Shown here: piece by piece, positions 1 to 9,897 of the stretch | Numbering within the stretch: position 1 is the stretch's first letter | Layout: every line of letters starts with the position of its first letter | IMG/VR virus record: IMGVR_UViG_3300047455_000186 | Span: 1 to 56,264 of that record | Length of the DNA: 56,264 nt | Reading direction: 5' to 3' (one strand) | Source of the DNA: a virus | Lineage: Duplodnaviria; Caudoviricetes | The notes under the pieces: generated by a model | The model's input: the letters and a program-made list of their open reading frames with translations, nothing else | Told to the model about the DNA's origin: nothing | Database searches by the model: none | Made by a program: the position numbers and the translations under genes

Positions 1-1655
1 CACAAGTAGGGACCGTGAGTTTTACAATAAATGAAGTTGTAGAATTTCCTGCATTTAAAATATCAAATGGGTTGGGCAATAACTGTGGTGCTGATGATGT
101 TGCTCCTTTATATACAGGAACAGCTGGCGGAAGTTACGTATGGGAAGGACACTATTGTGATCCAGATCATGCTGCAACGGATGTGACCATTACTACTTTT
201 TATGATGTAGGGGGAGCATGGGTTGCTGGGTTGCCCGCTAACTGGGCGTTTGCCAAAGATGACGTAAGTGGAGTAGCGGTAGATTATAGGTTTACACTAG
301 AATCATCAAACGTCGCTTCCGGCTTAACTAGAATAAAATTAGAAATAGAAGATGCCGGCGGAAATGTTGGAACGCCTTATATATTAGAAATTGGCGCTGC
401 ATTTGATACGCTGACTAAAACAGAGGTATTATTAGATTATTCTGGATCAGCACCAAACGCTACAGGTGGCGACTGGATATATCCTGGCGTTACATACGAT
501 AATATATGGGACGGTAAGAAATTTGAAAATTTAAGTACCGATACATATAACGGCCACACAACAACTGAAACTGCCACTGCAACTAGTGTTTCCCCCAGCG
601 GCGGTACTTTTGCGGCATTATACCCCTCAGCTACTTTTAGAATAGAAAAAACTACCTTCACCGACCCTTTAGAATTCTATTATAATTTAGAGCTTGACAG
701 CGGTGCTTTAACACCTACCTCTAATAATATAGACCCTGGGTTGACAATAGAATTTGACGCGGCTACTTTAAATTCTGCTTTTTCAAAAACAGGAACTGGT
801 GATCTTATATGGACACTAGAAGTTGAAGATATATTAAGAGCTCCTCTTGCGACTGGCAATATTACCAATATATCACCCAACGTAACCGGAGCTGGCCACA
901 CTTGTAATGATGGAGGAATGGCTCTAATAGCTTGGGGTTACGACACCGCTGGTACATATCACTCTTTCTTACTAAGAAGATTTGATATTGCAAACAACGG
1001 CGGCAGGCCTATCCAACACCAAACGCCCAACGTAGGTAGTCAGTTTTTTGCATCCAAATCATGGCAAGCGCCGTATGCGTACATATCAACACCGGCAGCA
1101 GTTGCAGGGCAATGTACTACTCCTGGCGCAACCTCGACATGGTGGCAAAGAGGCGGCAGTGGATGGCAGCTTGATGACACTGATGTAGATGAAACTAATG
1201 CTGGAGCAATATGGGATAAAAATAACATTCTTGCTAATTTACCAAATCAATCAGGTACAGGGCAAAATAATTACTCCTATATACCCGCCCTTCAAAACGC
1301 GAATTACCAAGCCAACAATTCTGTTGCTGGTTTATATAGGATGGATAACGCTACAGCAGCAACTATAGCGTCTACTATAACAAGCGGAAAAATAAACTTT
1401 ATGGTTGTTGGTCTTGGGTTTGCTAATGGCCCGCAATCTGGCGGAACCCCTGCTACCTGTGATCCAACAAAAGAGTACCAAGCTTGGTTGCATGGTGACG
1501 CGTGTCAAATGAGAATATTTACAGAAAACGCTGCCAGTACAAATCAAATAGAAATAAAAGACGGAGCTAATAGCTTCCAAGCAGGGGACGGTAAGTATGT
1601 TGAAATAGACGTATATGCAACTCCTGGATCAAACGCAACAGTATTTTCATTTTAA
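1..1655 (+). CDS. Virion structural/tail-associated protein, probably 5'-truncated by the window edge
   Basis: Frame is open from position 3 to the GTG at 15. Thr/Gly/Ser/Asn-rich, beta-type composition; first gene of the tail-fibre cluster. C-terminal part resembles the C-terminus of 23804..29584. Confidence 0.6.
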   Translation, partial: QVGTVSFTINEVVEFPAFKISNGLGNNCGADDVAPLYTGTAGGSYVWEGHYCDPDHAATDVTITTFYDVGGAWVAGLPANWAFAKDDVSGVAVDYRFTLESSNVASGLTRIKLEIEDAGGNVGTPYILEIGAAFDTLTKTEVLLDYSGSAPNATGGDWIYPGVTYDNIWDGKKFENLSTDTYNGHTTTETATATSVSPSGGTFAALYPSATFRIEKTTFTDPLEFYYNLELDSGALTPTSNNIDPGLTIEFDAATLNSAFSKTGTGDLIWTLEVEDILRAPLATGNITNISPNVTGAGHTCNDGGMALIAWGYDTAGTYHSFLLRRFDIANNGGRPIQHQTPNVGSQFFASKSWQAPYAYISTPAAVAGQCTTPGATSTWWQRGGSGWQLDDTDVDETNAGAIWDKNNILANLPNQSGTGQNNYSYIPALQNANYQANNSVAGLYRMDNATAATIASTITSGKINFMVVGLGFANGPQSGGTPATCDPTKEYQAWLHGDACQMRIFTENAASTNQIEIKDGANSFQAGDGKYVEIDVYATPGSNATVFSF

Positions 1656-1658
1656 TAT

Positions 1659-2369
1659 ATGGCAAGAATAAGTACCTATGCACTTGATGCAAAGCCTGAG
1701 ATTAATGATAAGGTTATAGGAACAGACAACGGAATCGGGGAAGCTCAGAGAACAAAAAATTATTCTTTAAGAGAGGTAATGGCTTTGTTTAATGAGCGAA
1801 ACCTTGTTGCTGTTGCAGATCAAGTTATATTTAAATTTCAAGATGATATAACAGAGGGGCGCGAAACTGGTACAATTAGCTTTGAGGCTGGAGGTGGCGA
1901 TGGAGCGACCATGTCTAGCTTTTCAGATATAATAGTTAGCTACAAAAACAGCGGAGATATACTTATTTCAGATTATATAAAAACATTTTTAGACAGGGAT
2001 ATTATTATAGCAGAGATGGGTAACATAAACAACTTTGTTACATGCAAGCTTGTTGATATTGAAGAAGACTTTGAAACTGGTTTTTTTAAGTTTTCTTTTT
2101 TTATACGAGAAAGCAATGGTAATATAAATGCTGAAAAACATTATATAATAAGTGAATACTCCAAAGGCGGAGACAAGTTCTTTGAGTACAGCCAAGAGCA
2201 AGCTAGTACGCTTTGGACGATACAACACGATTTAAACAAAAAACCTTCAGTTACAGTTTCAGCGCCCTTTTCAGATGAGGAAGTGGTGGGTAAAGTAAAA
2301 TACGAAGATAACAACAAATTAACAATAACTTTTAACGCCGCATTTTCCGGCAAAGCTTACTTAAACTAA
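1659..2369 (+). CDS. Tail-associated structural protein
   Basis: 236 aa within the fibre cluster; C-terminal 'WTIQHDLNKKPSVTV...LTITFNAAFSGKAYLN' module typical of phage tail proteins. Confidence 0.6.
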   Translation: MARISTYALDAKPEINDKVIGTDNGIGEAQRTKNYSLREVMALFNERNLVAVADQVIFKFQDDITEGRETGTISFEAGGGDGATMSSFSDIIVSYKNSGDILISDYIKTFLDRDIIIAEMGNINNFVTCKLVDIEEDFETGFFKFSFFIRESNGNINAEKHYIISEYSKGGDKFFEYSQEQASTLWTIQHDLNKKPSVTVSAPFSDEEVVGKVKYEDNNKLTITFNAAFSGKAYLN

Positions 2370-2373
2370 CAAC

Positions 2374-4164
2374 ATGGCAGATATTAAATACTTAGTCGGA
2401 TTAGATGTAGATGGGAACATTAATCTTAACACAAAAGAATTGCAGTTCGCATCAATACACCCCCTTGCTGCAAACCCAGCTTCCCCATCTCCTTCAATTG
2501 GTCAAACCTATTGGAATACCGTTAACGACGAACTAAGGGTGTATAACGGATCCGTTTGGATTGCTGTTGGGGCAGATACAAATTATGGCCAATGGCAAAT
2601 CACTGACGGGACTCAAACAGATGACGTAACAACTGATCAAATTGTTAAGTTTGCCGCGGGAGCAGCCGGAACAGCAGGAGCGGGACTATCGGGGAGCGGA
2701 ACAGCTCTTGACCCTTACGTGATTACTTACAGATTTCCAAACGACTTTTTAACAGGCCTTAGCTTTGACGATACTAACGGTATACTTACCGCTACTGTTT
2801 CTAATCAAACAAACGTTACTGTAGATCTTGACGGGAGATATGCACTAGCAAGCGATATTCCTACTAATATAGTAGAAACAATAACAACTACAGACGGTAC
2901 GTATATAAATTTAACGCCAAATTCTCCCACCGATGGTGCGGTAACAGTTACGGCTGAGTTATCAGGGGTTGACGGTATTGCGGCAGAAACATCAGCAGGA
3001 AACGGCGTAAGATATTTATCAAAAAACAATAAGTGGGCTGAAATATCTTCTATACCTGGAACTTATGAGTGGGAAATACAAGGTGACACAGGTGGTCCAA
3101 CAGCTGTAGCTTCAGGTGATGCTATTGATTTTGCAGGAGGAACTAATGTTACAACTGCTTTTTCGGGTACTACGCTGACTATTAACTCTACAGATCAGTT
3201 CCAAGGAACGCTTACTGGTATAACAGAGGGACCTGGTATTACAGTAACCGCATCATCTACTTCGCCTACTGTGGCGGTAGATTACTTAGGCGTTGACAAC
3301 TATATATTAGAGCCCAACTCCCAAGTAATCGCAGATGCTGATGATATAATAAACTTCAGCGATGACACTGACAATAATGTAAAGAAAACCGCTTTAGGTG
3401 ACATACCGATTGCAGCTTTGACAGAAGTTAAAACTTATATTGATAACTCTGTTGCGGGTGGGCTTATTTATCAAGGGGGCTATAATGCAGCAACTAATAC
3501 GCCGGATCTAGATGTTTCGCCAAGTTCATCAATTGAAAAAGGTTGGACATATACCGTAACGGCTGACGGTAGCTTCTTTACAGAGCAAGTTAGAGTTGGT
3601 GATTTACTTATTGCGGAAATAGACTCGCCTACATCTCTGAGTGATTGGACAACAGTTCAGAACAATATTGACTTAGCTAGTTCGACGCAGATTGGTATTG
3701 GCAATGTCGCGGCCTCCACATCCGACTCTTTACTGGGCGTAAATGTAAGTTATTCATCAGGTACAGCGAGTGTTGGGTTAGATATAGACGGCCTGCCAAA
3801 CTTTGGTAGTCTTATAGGCACAGACACAGCTTCTATAAAAATACCAGTATTTGACGGGGACCAAGACGACCGAAACGAGAGTATAGAACTTGAGCAACTT
3901 TTTAGTTCCAGATCAACAAGTGTATTAATCGGTAATGGTTCTGCAACTGGTATTCAAATCAAAAACTCTGGTGCTTCGGGCGCAAATAAAAATCATGGGC
4001 TAGGGACTAATTCAAATGGTTTTTTAGTTCAGCTTGTTGATACTTCAACTGGAGAGACGGTTTATGCCGATGTTCAGAGGGGTGCTTCGGGTGTTATTAA
4101 TATTACTTTCAATACAGCCCCCGCAAGTAATGGAATACGAGTGCTAATACAAAATGTAAACTAG
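2374..4164 (+). CDS. Tail fibre-like protein
   Basis: 596 aa, T/G/S/D-rich, with 'YWNT...LRVYNGSVW', 'TVDLDGRY' and 'YQGGYNAATNTP' segments seen in phage fibres. Confidence 0.7.
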   Translation: MADIKYLVGLDVDGNINLNTKELQFASIHPLAANPASPSPSIGQTYWNTVNDELRVYNGSVWIAVGADTNYGQWQITDGTQTDDVTTDQIVKFAAGAAGTAGAGLSGSGTALDPYVITYRFPNDFLTGLSFDDTNGILTATVSNQTNVTVDLDGRYALASDIPTNIVETITTTDGTYINLTPNSPTDGAVTVTAELSGVDGIAAETSAGNGVRYLSKNNKWAEISSIPGTYEWEIQGDTGGPTAVASGDAIDFAGGTNVTTAFSGTTLTINSTDQFQGTLTGITEGPGITVTASSTSPTVAVDYLGVDNYILEPNSQVIADADDIINFSDDTDNNVKKTALGDIPIAALTEVKTYIDNSVAGGLIYQGGYNAATNTPDLDVSPSSSIEKGWTYTVTADGSFFTEQVRVGDLLIAEIDSPTSLSDWTTVQNNIDLASSTQIGIGNVAASTSDSLLGVNVSYSSGTASVGLDIDGLPNFGSLIGTDTASIKIPVFDGDQDDRNESIELEQLFSSRSTSVLIGNGSATGIQIKNSGASGANKNHGLGTNSNGFLVQLVDTSTGETVYADVQRGASGVINITFNTAPASNGIRVLIQNVN

Positions 4165-4191
4165 CATAATAAATATAATAAAATTTAGTAT

Positions 4192-6879
4192 ATGGCTAAT
4201 CGTTTTTTAAATAACATAACGATTAATGATGAGTACACTCTGCCAAGTGCAGATGGTACAATAAATCAGATAATCACAACAAATGGAGCGGGGCAACTCA
4301 GCTTTGTAGACCAAAGCACCGTCGCTGCGGGAACTGCAACTTACGCGACCACCGCAGGCACCGCTACATACGCAACCAGCTCGGGAAGTTCAGATACCGC
4401 TAAATCATTGATTATATCTGTTAAAAATTCTACAGGTACTACAATCCCGGCTGGGTCAGTTGTGTGTTTTGATAACTCTGTTGCTACGCCTTCCGGAAAT
4501 GTTATACCTGTAAAACTAGCAGATAGTAATGGCACTGATTCGATGCCTGGTGTAGGTATTACAACCGGCGCGATATTAGATACCTCTACGGGTCAAGCGA
4601 TAATGTTTGGCCATGTCTCAGGGTTTGACACTTCTTCTTATTCTACTGGGGATACTTTATATGTTAGCGATGTACCTGGTGAGTTCACGACTTCAAGACC
4701 GCGTAATGTAAGATATATTCAAAAAATTGGTATAGTAGTAAAAGTACACGCTTCTAATGGATCATTAGAAATATTTGGAGCAGGTCGTGTAAATGATGTG
4801 CCAACACCTTTATATATAGACCACCCTAACCAAAGAGTTGGTATTGGTGCTTCTTTCCCGTCTGAAATATTAGATATAGAAGGAGCAGATCCCTCGGTAT
4901 TAATAAAAAATACTACGTTTGGCTCAGGAGAATCTTCTTTAGTTTTTAAAACAGCAATGGGAGCTACTAATTCTTTTGCCTTAGATTCGACTAATGATTT
5001 AAATTACAAAAACACCCTGGGTGCATCAATTTTTACAATAGAGAACGGCGGCTTCGTTGGGGTTGGAACTACAGACCCAAGATGTCCTTTGCAAGTGTCT
5101 TCAGACGAAATTGATACTGATTTTTTAATAGAATCGGGTAACACACAAGCCAGGATGTCGATAAACAATACTTCGACGGGTGACTCGCAAATTAATTTTC
5201 AGCTGGGTAACACTAGTAGATTTACTATGGGTGTGGACAATTCCGATAGTGATAAGTTTAAAATATCAGGGGGCGCAGCCTTGGGGAGCAGTGATATGAT
5301 AGTTTTAGATTCCACGGGCAACGTGGGGATTGGGACAACTAGTCCTAGTGAAAAACTTCACGTTGTTGGCTCAGCTCTTATTGAGGGCTCAAGTACAGAA
5401 TTAAAAGTAAAAGGAAGCGGGAGCTACGACACAGCTAATATTGTTATGGGTAACGCTGCTCATGATAGCTTTTCAATAGATACTCGAAACGATCCAGGCG
5501 ATAATAAAACAACTCTCAGTTTTGATTCTTATCTGACAACGGGTACATCAGCAATAACGCTTGGCGATAATTATGTAAATTTAAGTACAGCCGGCTCAAC
5601 CCGGTTGGTGATCAATTCTTCGGGCAATGTCGGGATCGGGACGGGTAGTCCTGATACAAAACTTGATGTTGCAGGCAGAGCTGTTATAGGAACTGGTAAT
5701 ACACTTACTAACGCAACTAACGCTACCGTAATAGGTAATAGCAATAACCTTACAAGCGATACTATTGTCGATAACTACACAAATTTGGTTCTTGGGGATT
5801 ATGGCGCGGGTCGTTATGCCAATACTGTAATTAGCGATAGAACATTAAGATTGGGTAGAGCAGATATTATTTCTAATTCTTCTTCCAACACAACTGGTAT
5901 ATTAAATTTTAATGATTCTGCAGAGGCTAACGCTGCTTACTCTAACGTAGGTGGGTTCGTAGGCTACTTCCCGCCGCCTACAACTACAAATGGGTATTAC
6001 TTTTTCAGCGCCTTCAGCGAAAACGTACAAGGTAGTGCTTTCCAGGCCGGAGGAAGTCCAACAGCTTCCAGAATGAACATGTCAATGGATCCTAACTTAG
6101 ATTGCGTTGGCTATAAATTTGATTCTAATACTAGTAGCGGAGGCGGTGTTTATTACACTGCAAGTCAAAACAACGCTAACGCTTCTTCTAGAGGTATTGT
6201 AACTTTTGATTGTAGACATCAAAACCAAAACTACGAAGCGCCAGACGGGCACAGCTTATTTGAAATAACTTCTGGTTATGGCAGAACTAAATTCATTGTA
6301 AAGCAAGCGAATGGCCAATCTAATGTTGGAATTGGAACTTCGAGCCCTCAGGCGCAGCTGCATATAGGTGATTCACAAAGTAATGATTCGGGACTGAGGT
6401 TTACAACAATAAACGGAGGTAATAACGATGCGGTTAACATGCACTTCTTAGGAACTCAGCCATTTTCTCCTTTTTATATATCTAGGAAAAATACAGGTGG
6501 AGCTGAAATACAACTCCAGTATGACGGGGATATAATATTAAATGGCAATAACGGCGATAATGTTGGGATTGGCACAACCCAACCACAACAGCAACTTCAC
6601 GTAGCTGGTACATCTTTATTTGGTGGTAATATTTATTTTGGAACAGGCACGTCTAATTATATAAATGGAACCGGGGGTGGTTTTAATGTTTACGCTAATA
6701 GCAATTTAAAATTCGCTGTTAAATACGGAGGACACACAGAGGTGTATGACGATTTAGAAGTGGACGGGGACATGCTCTGCGAGGTTGTTGGTAAAGGCTT
6801 AGTGTTAAAATCGCCAAATGGAACAAGATATAGAATAAAAGTAGACAATAGCGGTAATTTATCAACAGAAACATATTAA
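4192..6879 (+). CDS. Tail fibre / receptor-binding protein with GNVGIGT repeats
   Basis: 895 aa; six xVG[IV]Gxxxp repeats (RVGIGASFP, GFVGVGTTDP, GNVGIGTTSP, GNVGIGTGSP, SNVGIGTSSP, DNVGIGTTQP); C-terminal LKSPNGTRYRIKVDNSGNL. Confidence 0.8.
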   Translation: MANRFLNNITINDEYTLPSADGTINQIITTNGAGQLSFVDQSTVAAGTATYATTAGTATYATSSGSSDTAKSLIISVKNSTGTTIPAGSVVCFDNSVATPSGNVIPVKLADSNGTDSMPGVGITTGAILDTSTGQAIMFGHVSGFDTSSYSTGDTLYVSDVPGEFTTSRPRNVRYIQKIGIVVKVHASNGSLEIFGAGRVNDVPTPLYIDHPNQRVGIGASFPSEILDIEGADPSVLIKNTTFGSGESSLVFKTAMGATNSFALDSTNDLNYKNTLGASIFTIENGGFVGVGTTDPRCPLQVSSDEIDTDFLIESGNTQARMSINNTSTGDSQINFQLGNTSRFTMGVDNSDSDKFKISGGAALGSSDMIVLDSTGNVGIGTTSPSEKLHVVGSALIEGSSTELKVKGSGSYDTANIVMGNAAHDSFSIDTRNDPGDNKTTLSFDSYLTTGTSAITLGDNYVNLSTAGSTRLVINSSGNVGIGTGSPDTKLDVAGRAVIGTGNTLTNATNATVIGNSNNLTSDTIVDNYTNLVLGDYGAGRYANTVISDRTLRLGRADIISNSSSNTTGILNFNDSAEANAAYSNVGGFVGYFPPPTTTNGYYFFSAFSENVQGSAFQAGGSPTASRMNMSMDPNLDCVGYKFDSNTSSGGGVYYTASQNNANASSRGIVTFDCRHQNQNYEAPDGHSLFEITSGYGRTKFIVKQANGQSNVGIGTSSPQAQLHIGDSQSNDSGLRFTTINGGNNDAVNMHFLGTQPFSPFYISRKNTGGAEIQLQYDGDIILNGNNGDNVGIGTTQPQQQLHVAGTSLFGGNIYFGTGTSNYINGTGGGFNVYANSNLKFAVKYGGHTEVYDDLEVDGDMLCEVVGKGLVLKSPNGTRYRIKVDNSGNLSTETY

Positions 6880-6888
6880 ATAAAAGAA

Positions 6889-7233
6889 ATGGCAATAGTA
6901 TATAATTGGAATTGTAAAACAGTAGATGTACACCCTCAAGAAGAGGGAGAAATAAATGTGGTATATAATGTGCATTGGATTTTAACCGGCACCTCAGACA
7001 GGCTCGACCCAGAGGGTAACCCGTATCAAGCAACAACTATTGGCACACAAGTTGTACCTTTAAACCATGACACTGAATTTATACCTTTTGAAGATTTAAC
7101 AAATGAAATAATAGTTGATTGGACTAAAGAATCTATGGGAGAAGAAATGGTGGCTGATATAGAATCTGGCGTACAACAAATAGTTAATTTAAAAATAAAT
7201 CCAATTTCTGTAACTATGACGATAGGGGGTTAA
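6889..7233 (+). CDS. Small acidic tail-fibre-associated protein
   Basis: 114 aa directly after the fibre gene; 'VVYNVHW...FIPFEDLT...W' pattern common next to fibres in aquatic phages. Confidence 0.55.
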   Translation: MAIVYNWNCKTVDVHPQEEGEINVVYNVHWILTGTSDRLDPEGNPYQATTIGTQVVPLNHDTEFIPFEDLTNEIIVDWTKESMGEEMVADIESGVQQIVNLKINPISVTMTIGG

Positions 7234-7251
7234 GTAAGAAACACTAAAACT

Positions 7252-7270
7252 ACGTAATATATAAAGTATA
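7252..7270 (+). promoter_or_regulatory. Candidate phage promoter GTAAT-N8-TATA (copy 1)
   Basis: ACGTAATATATAAAGTATA, intergenic, upstream of the 7319/groEL gene run; same spacing recurs at 31719 and 53324. Confidence 0.5.
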
Positions 7271-7318
7271 CCCGGCACGGGAAAGTGCAAACCAATAATA
7301 ACATAAAAACCAAAACCA

Positions 7319-7609
7319 ATGACGTTTTATTACGAGACTAATTCGTGGACTAGTCAACCACAACAAGACGAAAACCGAATTAAACTGTGGAACCATATAG
7401 CCGACAAAGTAAATTGGCGCATAGTTCAACTACCAAACGGTTATTACCAAACAGAATACCAAGATCTTCGGAATGAAGAAACCTGGAAGGATGTTACGCG
7501 GCGCGAAACAATGGAGGCCGCTGAAACTTCAATAGATAAAACTATTGAACACTACAAAAAGAAAGTTGAATTTTTGAACGGACCCAAAGTAGTTAAGACC
7601 TTTAAATAA
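7319..7609 (+). CDS. Hypothetical protein
   Basis: 96 aa ORF with A-rich leader, immediately upstream of groEL. Confidence 0.7.
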   Translation: MTFYYETNSWTSQPQQDENRIKLWNHIADKVNWRIVQLPNGYYQTEYQDLRNEETWKDVTRRETMEAAETSIDKTIEHYKKKVEFLNGPKVVKTFK

Positions 7610-7651
7610 GTACGCTGCTAGCAAAGAGTTAATTAAATTAAATTAAATTAA

Positions 7652-9205
7652 ATGGAATACAATAATCCGAGCGAAATAGTAAAAACGCTCACTTTCGGCA
7701 GTGATGCTAAAAAACAAATTATCCAAGGCGTTGAAAAATTATCAAATGCTGTAAAGAGCACATTAGGCGCTTCAGGTAAATGTGTAATATATGAAGATGC
7801 CCTTGGTAGGCCGGTGATAACAAAAGACGGTGTAACCGTTGCAGAAAGCGTAGTCTTATTACATCCGGTTGAAAACATAGGGGCAACCTTAATAAAGGAA
7901 GCTGCTAGTAACACTGTAAAAGAAGCTGGAGACGGCACAACAACATCAACTGTGTTAGCACATTCGTTGTTAAAAATTGCAAACAAAAAATTAGATGAAG
8001 AAGAAGTTAGAGAACTTAAAGCAGGCATTATTAGTGGCGCTAACAAAGTTAAAGTATATCTTGATAAGTCCAGTACTCAAGTTGAAGGCGAAATGCTTAA
8101 AAATGTTGCTATCATTAGCTGCAATAACGACGAAGAGCTTGGAACCAAAATTGGCAAAGCTTATGAAAAAGTTGGAAAAAATGGCGTCGTATTAATGGAG
8201 GAATCCGATACAAACGAAACTTATGTTGAGTTTGTTGACGGAGCACAATTTGACAGCGGGTTAAAAACAACACATTTAGCTACTGATAAAAATAAAGGGA
8301 TAGCTGTATTAGAAAATCCTTTTGTACTTATAGTATCTTCACCGATACCGAATATTAGAAGAATACAGAATGTGCTTGAGCACACTATAAAACAAAAAAG
8401 AAGCTTACTAATTGTAGCTGACGTAGAGCAGCAGCCTTATGCAACTCTTTTAGCAAATAAAGTTAAAGGTAATATAAAGGTAAATATAGTAGATCCGCCG
8501 GGGTTTGGGCCAACCAAGCAGCAGACGTTAGAAGACTTAGCGATGTTGACGGGGGCGAAGATCATAAATGAGGAGTTAGGAGACGATTTAGATTTAATAG
8601 ACCCTAATGTACTAGGCAATGCGTTTAAAGCTGTTACGGACGATAAAAACACTGTTTTACAAGTAGAAGAGATTAACGAAGAAATTGCTTTGCGCATAAT
8701 TGACGTTGAAAAACAAATAGAAGAAGAATCTAACCCGTTTTTTAAGAAAAAATTAGAACAAAGATTGTCAATGCTCACTGGCCAAGTCGGTATTGTATAT
8801 GTTGGGGCAGATTCTAAGGTAGAGTTAAAAGAAAAGAAAGACAGGGTCGAAGACGCAATACACGCTACTAAAGCAGCTTACAAAGAAGGTATAGTTGCTG
8901 GTGGAGGTGTAGCTTTATTAAACGCCTCTACATTATTAAAAGCTAAAAATAAAGGCGAAGAGATATTGCTAGAAGCAATAAGATCACCATACGAGACTAT
9001 ATTAGAAAATGCCAATATACCTATTGCATATCCTCAAATTAAAAATAGAGGTATAGATGTTAAAACAGGTAAAGATGTTAATATGATTAAGGCTGGAATT
9101 ATAGACCCTGTATTAGTTACTAAGTCAGCATTGAAAAACGCTGTAAGTGTAGTAACGACTATAATATCTGCGGATTGTGTAATCAGTAATAAAAGGTTGG
9201 CATGA
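7652..9205 (+). CDS. groEL: Phage-encoded group I chaperonin GroEL
   Basis: ITKDGVTVA, AGDGTTT, PGFG, ELKEKKDRVEDA, GIVAGGG and GIIDP motifs; no C-terminal GGM tail. Confidence 0.97.
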   Translation: MEYNNPSEIVKTLTFGSDAKKQIIQGVEKLSNAVKSTLGASGKCVIYEDALGRPVITKDGVTVAESVVLLHPVENIGATLIKEAASNTVKEAGDGTTTSTVLAHSLLKIANKKLDEEEVRELKAGIISGANKVKVYLDKSSTQVEGEMLKNVAIISCNNDEELGTKIGKAYEKVGKNGVVLMEESDTNETYVEFVDGAQFDSGLKTTHLATDKNKGIAVLENPFVLIVSSPIPNIRRIQNVLEHTIKQKRSLLIVADVEQQPYATLLANKVKGNIKVNIVDPPGFGPTKQQTLEDLAMLTGAKIINEELGDDLDLIDPNVLGNAFKAVTDDKNTVLQVEEINEEIALRIIDVEKQIEEESNPFFKKKLEQRLSMLTGQVGIVYVGADSKVELKEKKDRVEDAIHATKAAYKEGIVAGGGVALLNASTLLKAKNKGEEILLEAIRSPYETILENANIPIAYPQIKNRGIDVKTGKDVNMIKAGIIDPVLVTKSALKNAVSVVTTIISADCVISNKRLA

Positions 9206-9459
9206 AAGCGATAAATCACTTTGTAATTGTAGATAAGATAAAAGAAGCGCCGTCAAAAGTAGGCGGACTAGAACTTACTGAAAAACAAAATAAAGATGTA
9301 CGTTACATTAAAGGCAGGGTTATTAGCGTAGGCGACCAGATAGACATGCTCCAAGATGGAGACTTGGTTAGGTATGATCGACACGCAGGGCATGGCATTG
9401 AATGGAAAGATCATTTGTATTATGTTTTAAAAATTTCAGATATAGTACTTATAGAATGA
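9202..9459 (+). CDS. groES: Co-chaperonin GroES
   Basis: 85 aa, ATGA-coupled to groEL; 'GGLEL...GRVISVG...GDLVRY...DIV' Cpn10 pattern. Confidence 0.9.
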   Translation: MKAINHFVIVDKIKEAPSKVGGLELTEKQNKDVRYIKGRVISVGDQIDMLQDGDLVRYDRHAGHGIEWKDHLYYVLKISDIVLIE

Positions 9460-9896
9460 GGCTAAGCGGGCAAGACTTGCAAGATATGAATTTATTAAAG
9501 TATTACAGGCTTATCAGAAGATGGGCCTGTAAAACTTACAATTTAAAAGATGCTGATTTGGAGCTGCTTATTTATTTAGATTGCAAAAAGCTTTTTACAC
9601 GTAATGATTTTATTAATGGCGTATACACTTATAGCTGGGATAAAAACAGATGGGAGCGGCTGCGCAGAGAAGGGTGGATTGATGTTTTTAAAGAGCGCAA
9701 TAGAACAACCTCAAAATACGCGGCGTATAAAACGTCAAACAAGTGTAAATTACTTATTAAAAGAATATATAGAATAATGTTGGCCGAAGAAGATTTGCCA
9801 ACGTCTGAAAGAAGTGCATTTTATAAAAACAAAACATATACTGATAAAGTCTTTAACAAGGCTATTGAAGATATGATTAACGATAAAGAACGATAG
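9456..9896 (+). CDS. Hypothetical protein, possibly winged-helix DNA-binding
   Basis: Start reassigned to the ATG at 9456 (ATGA overlap with the groES stop); basic and helical. Confidence 0.6.
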   Translation: MRLSGQDLQDMNLLKYYRLIRRWACKTYNLKDADLELLIYLDCKKLFTRNDFINGVYTYSWDKNRWERLRREGWIDVFKERNRTTSKYAAYKTSNKCKLLIKRIYRIMLAEEDLPTSERSAFYKNKTYTDKVFNKAIEDMINDKER

Positions 9897-9897
9897 C

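Noticed and set aside
4327-4400. AGTATYAT peptide repeat as a diversity-generating retroelement or VNTR
   Set aside because: DNA copies differ at synonymous sites, it is an ordinary fibre repeat, and no reverse transcriptase is present.
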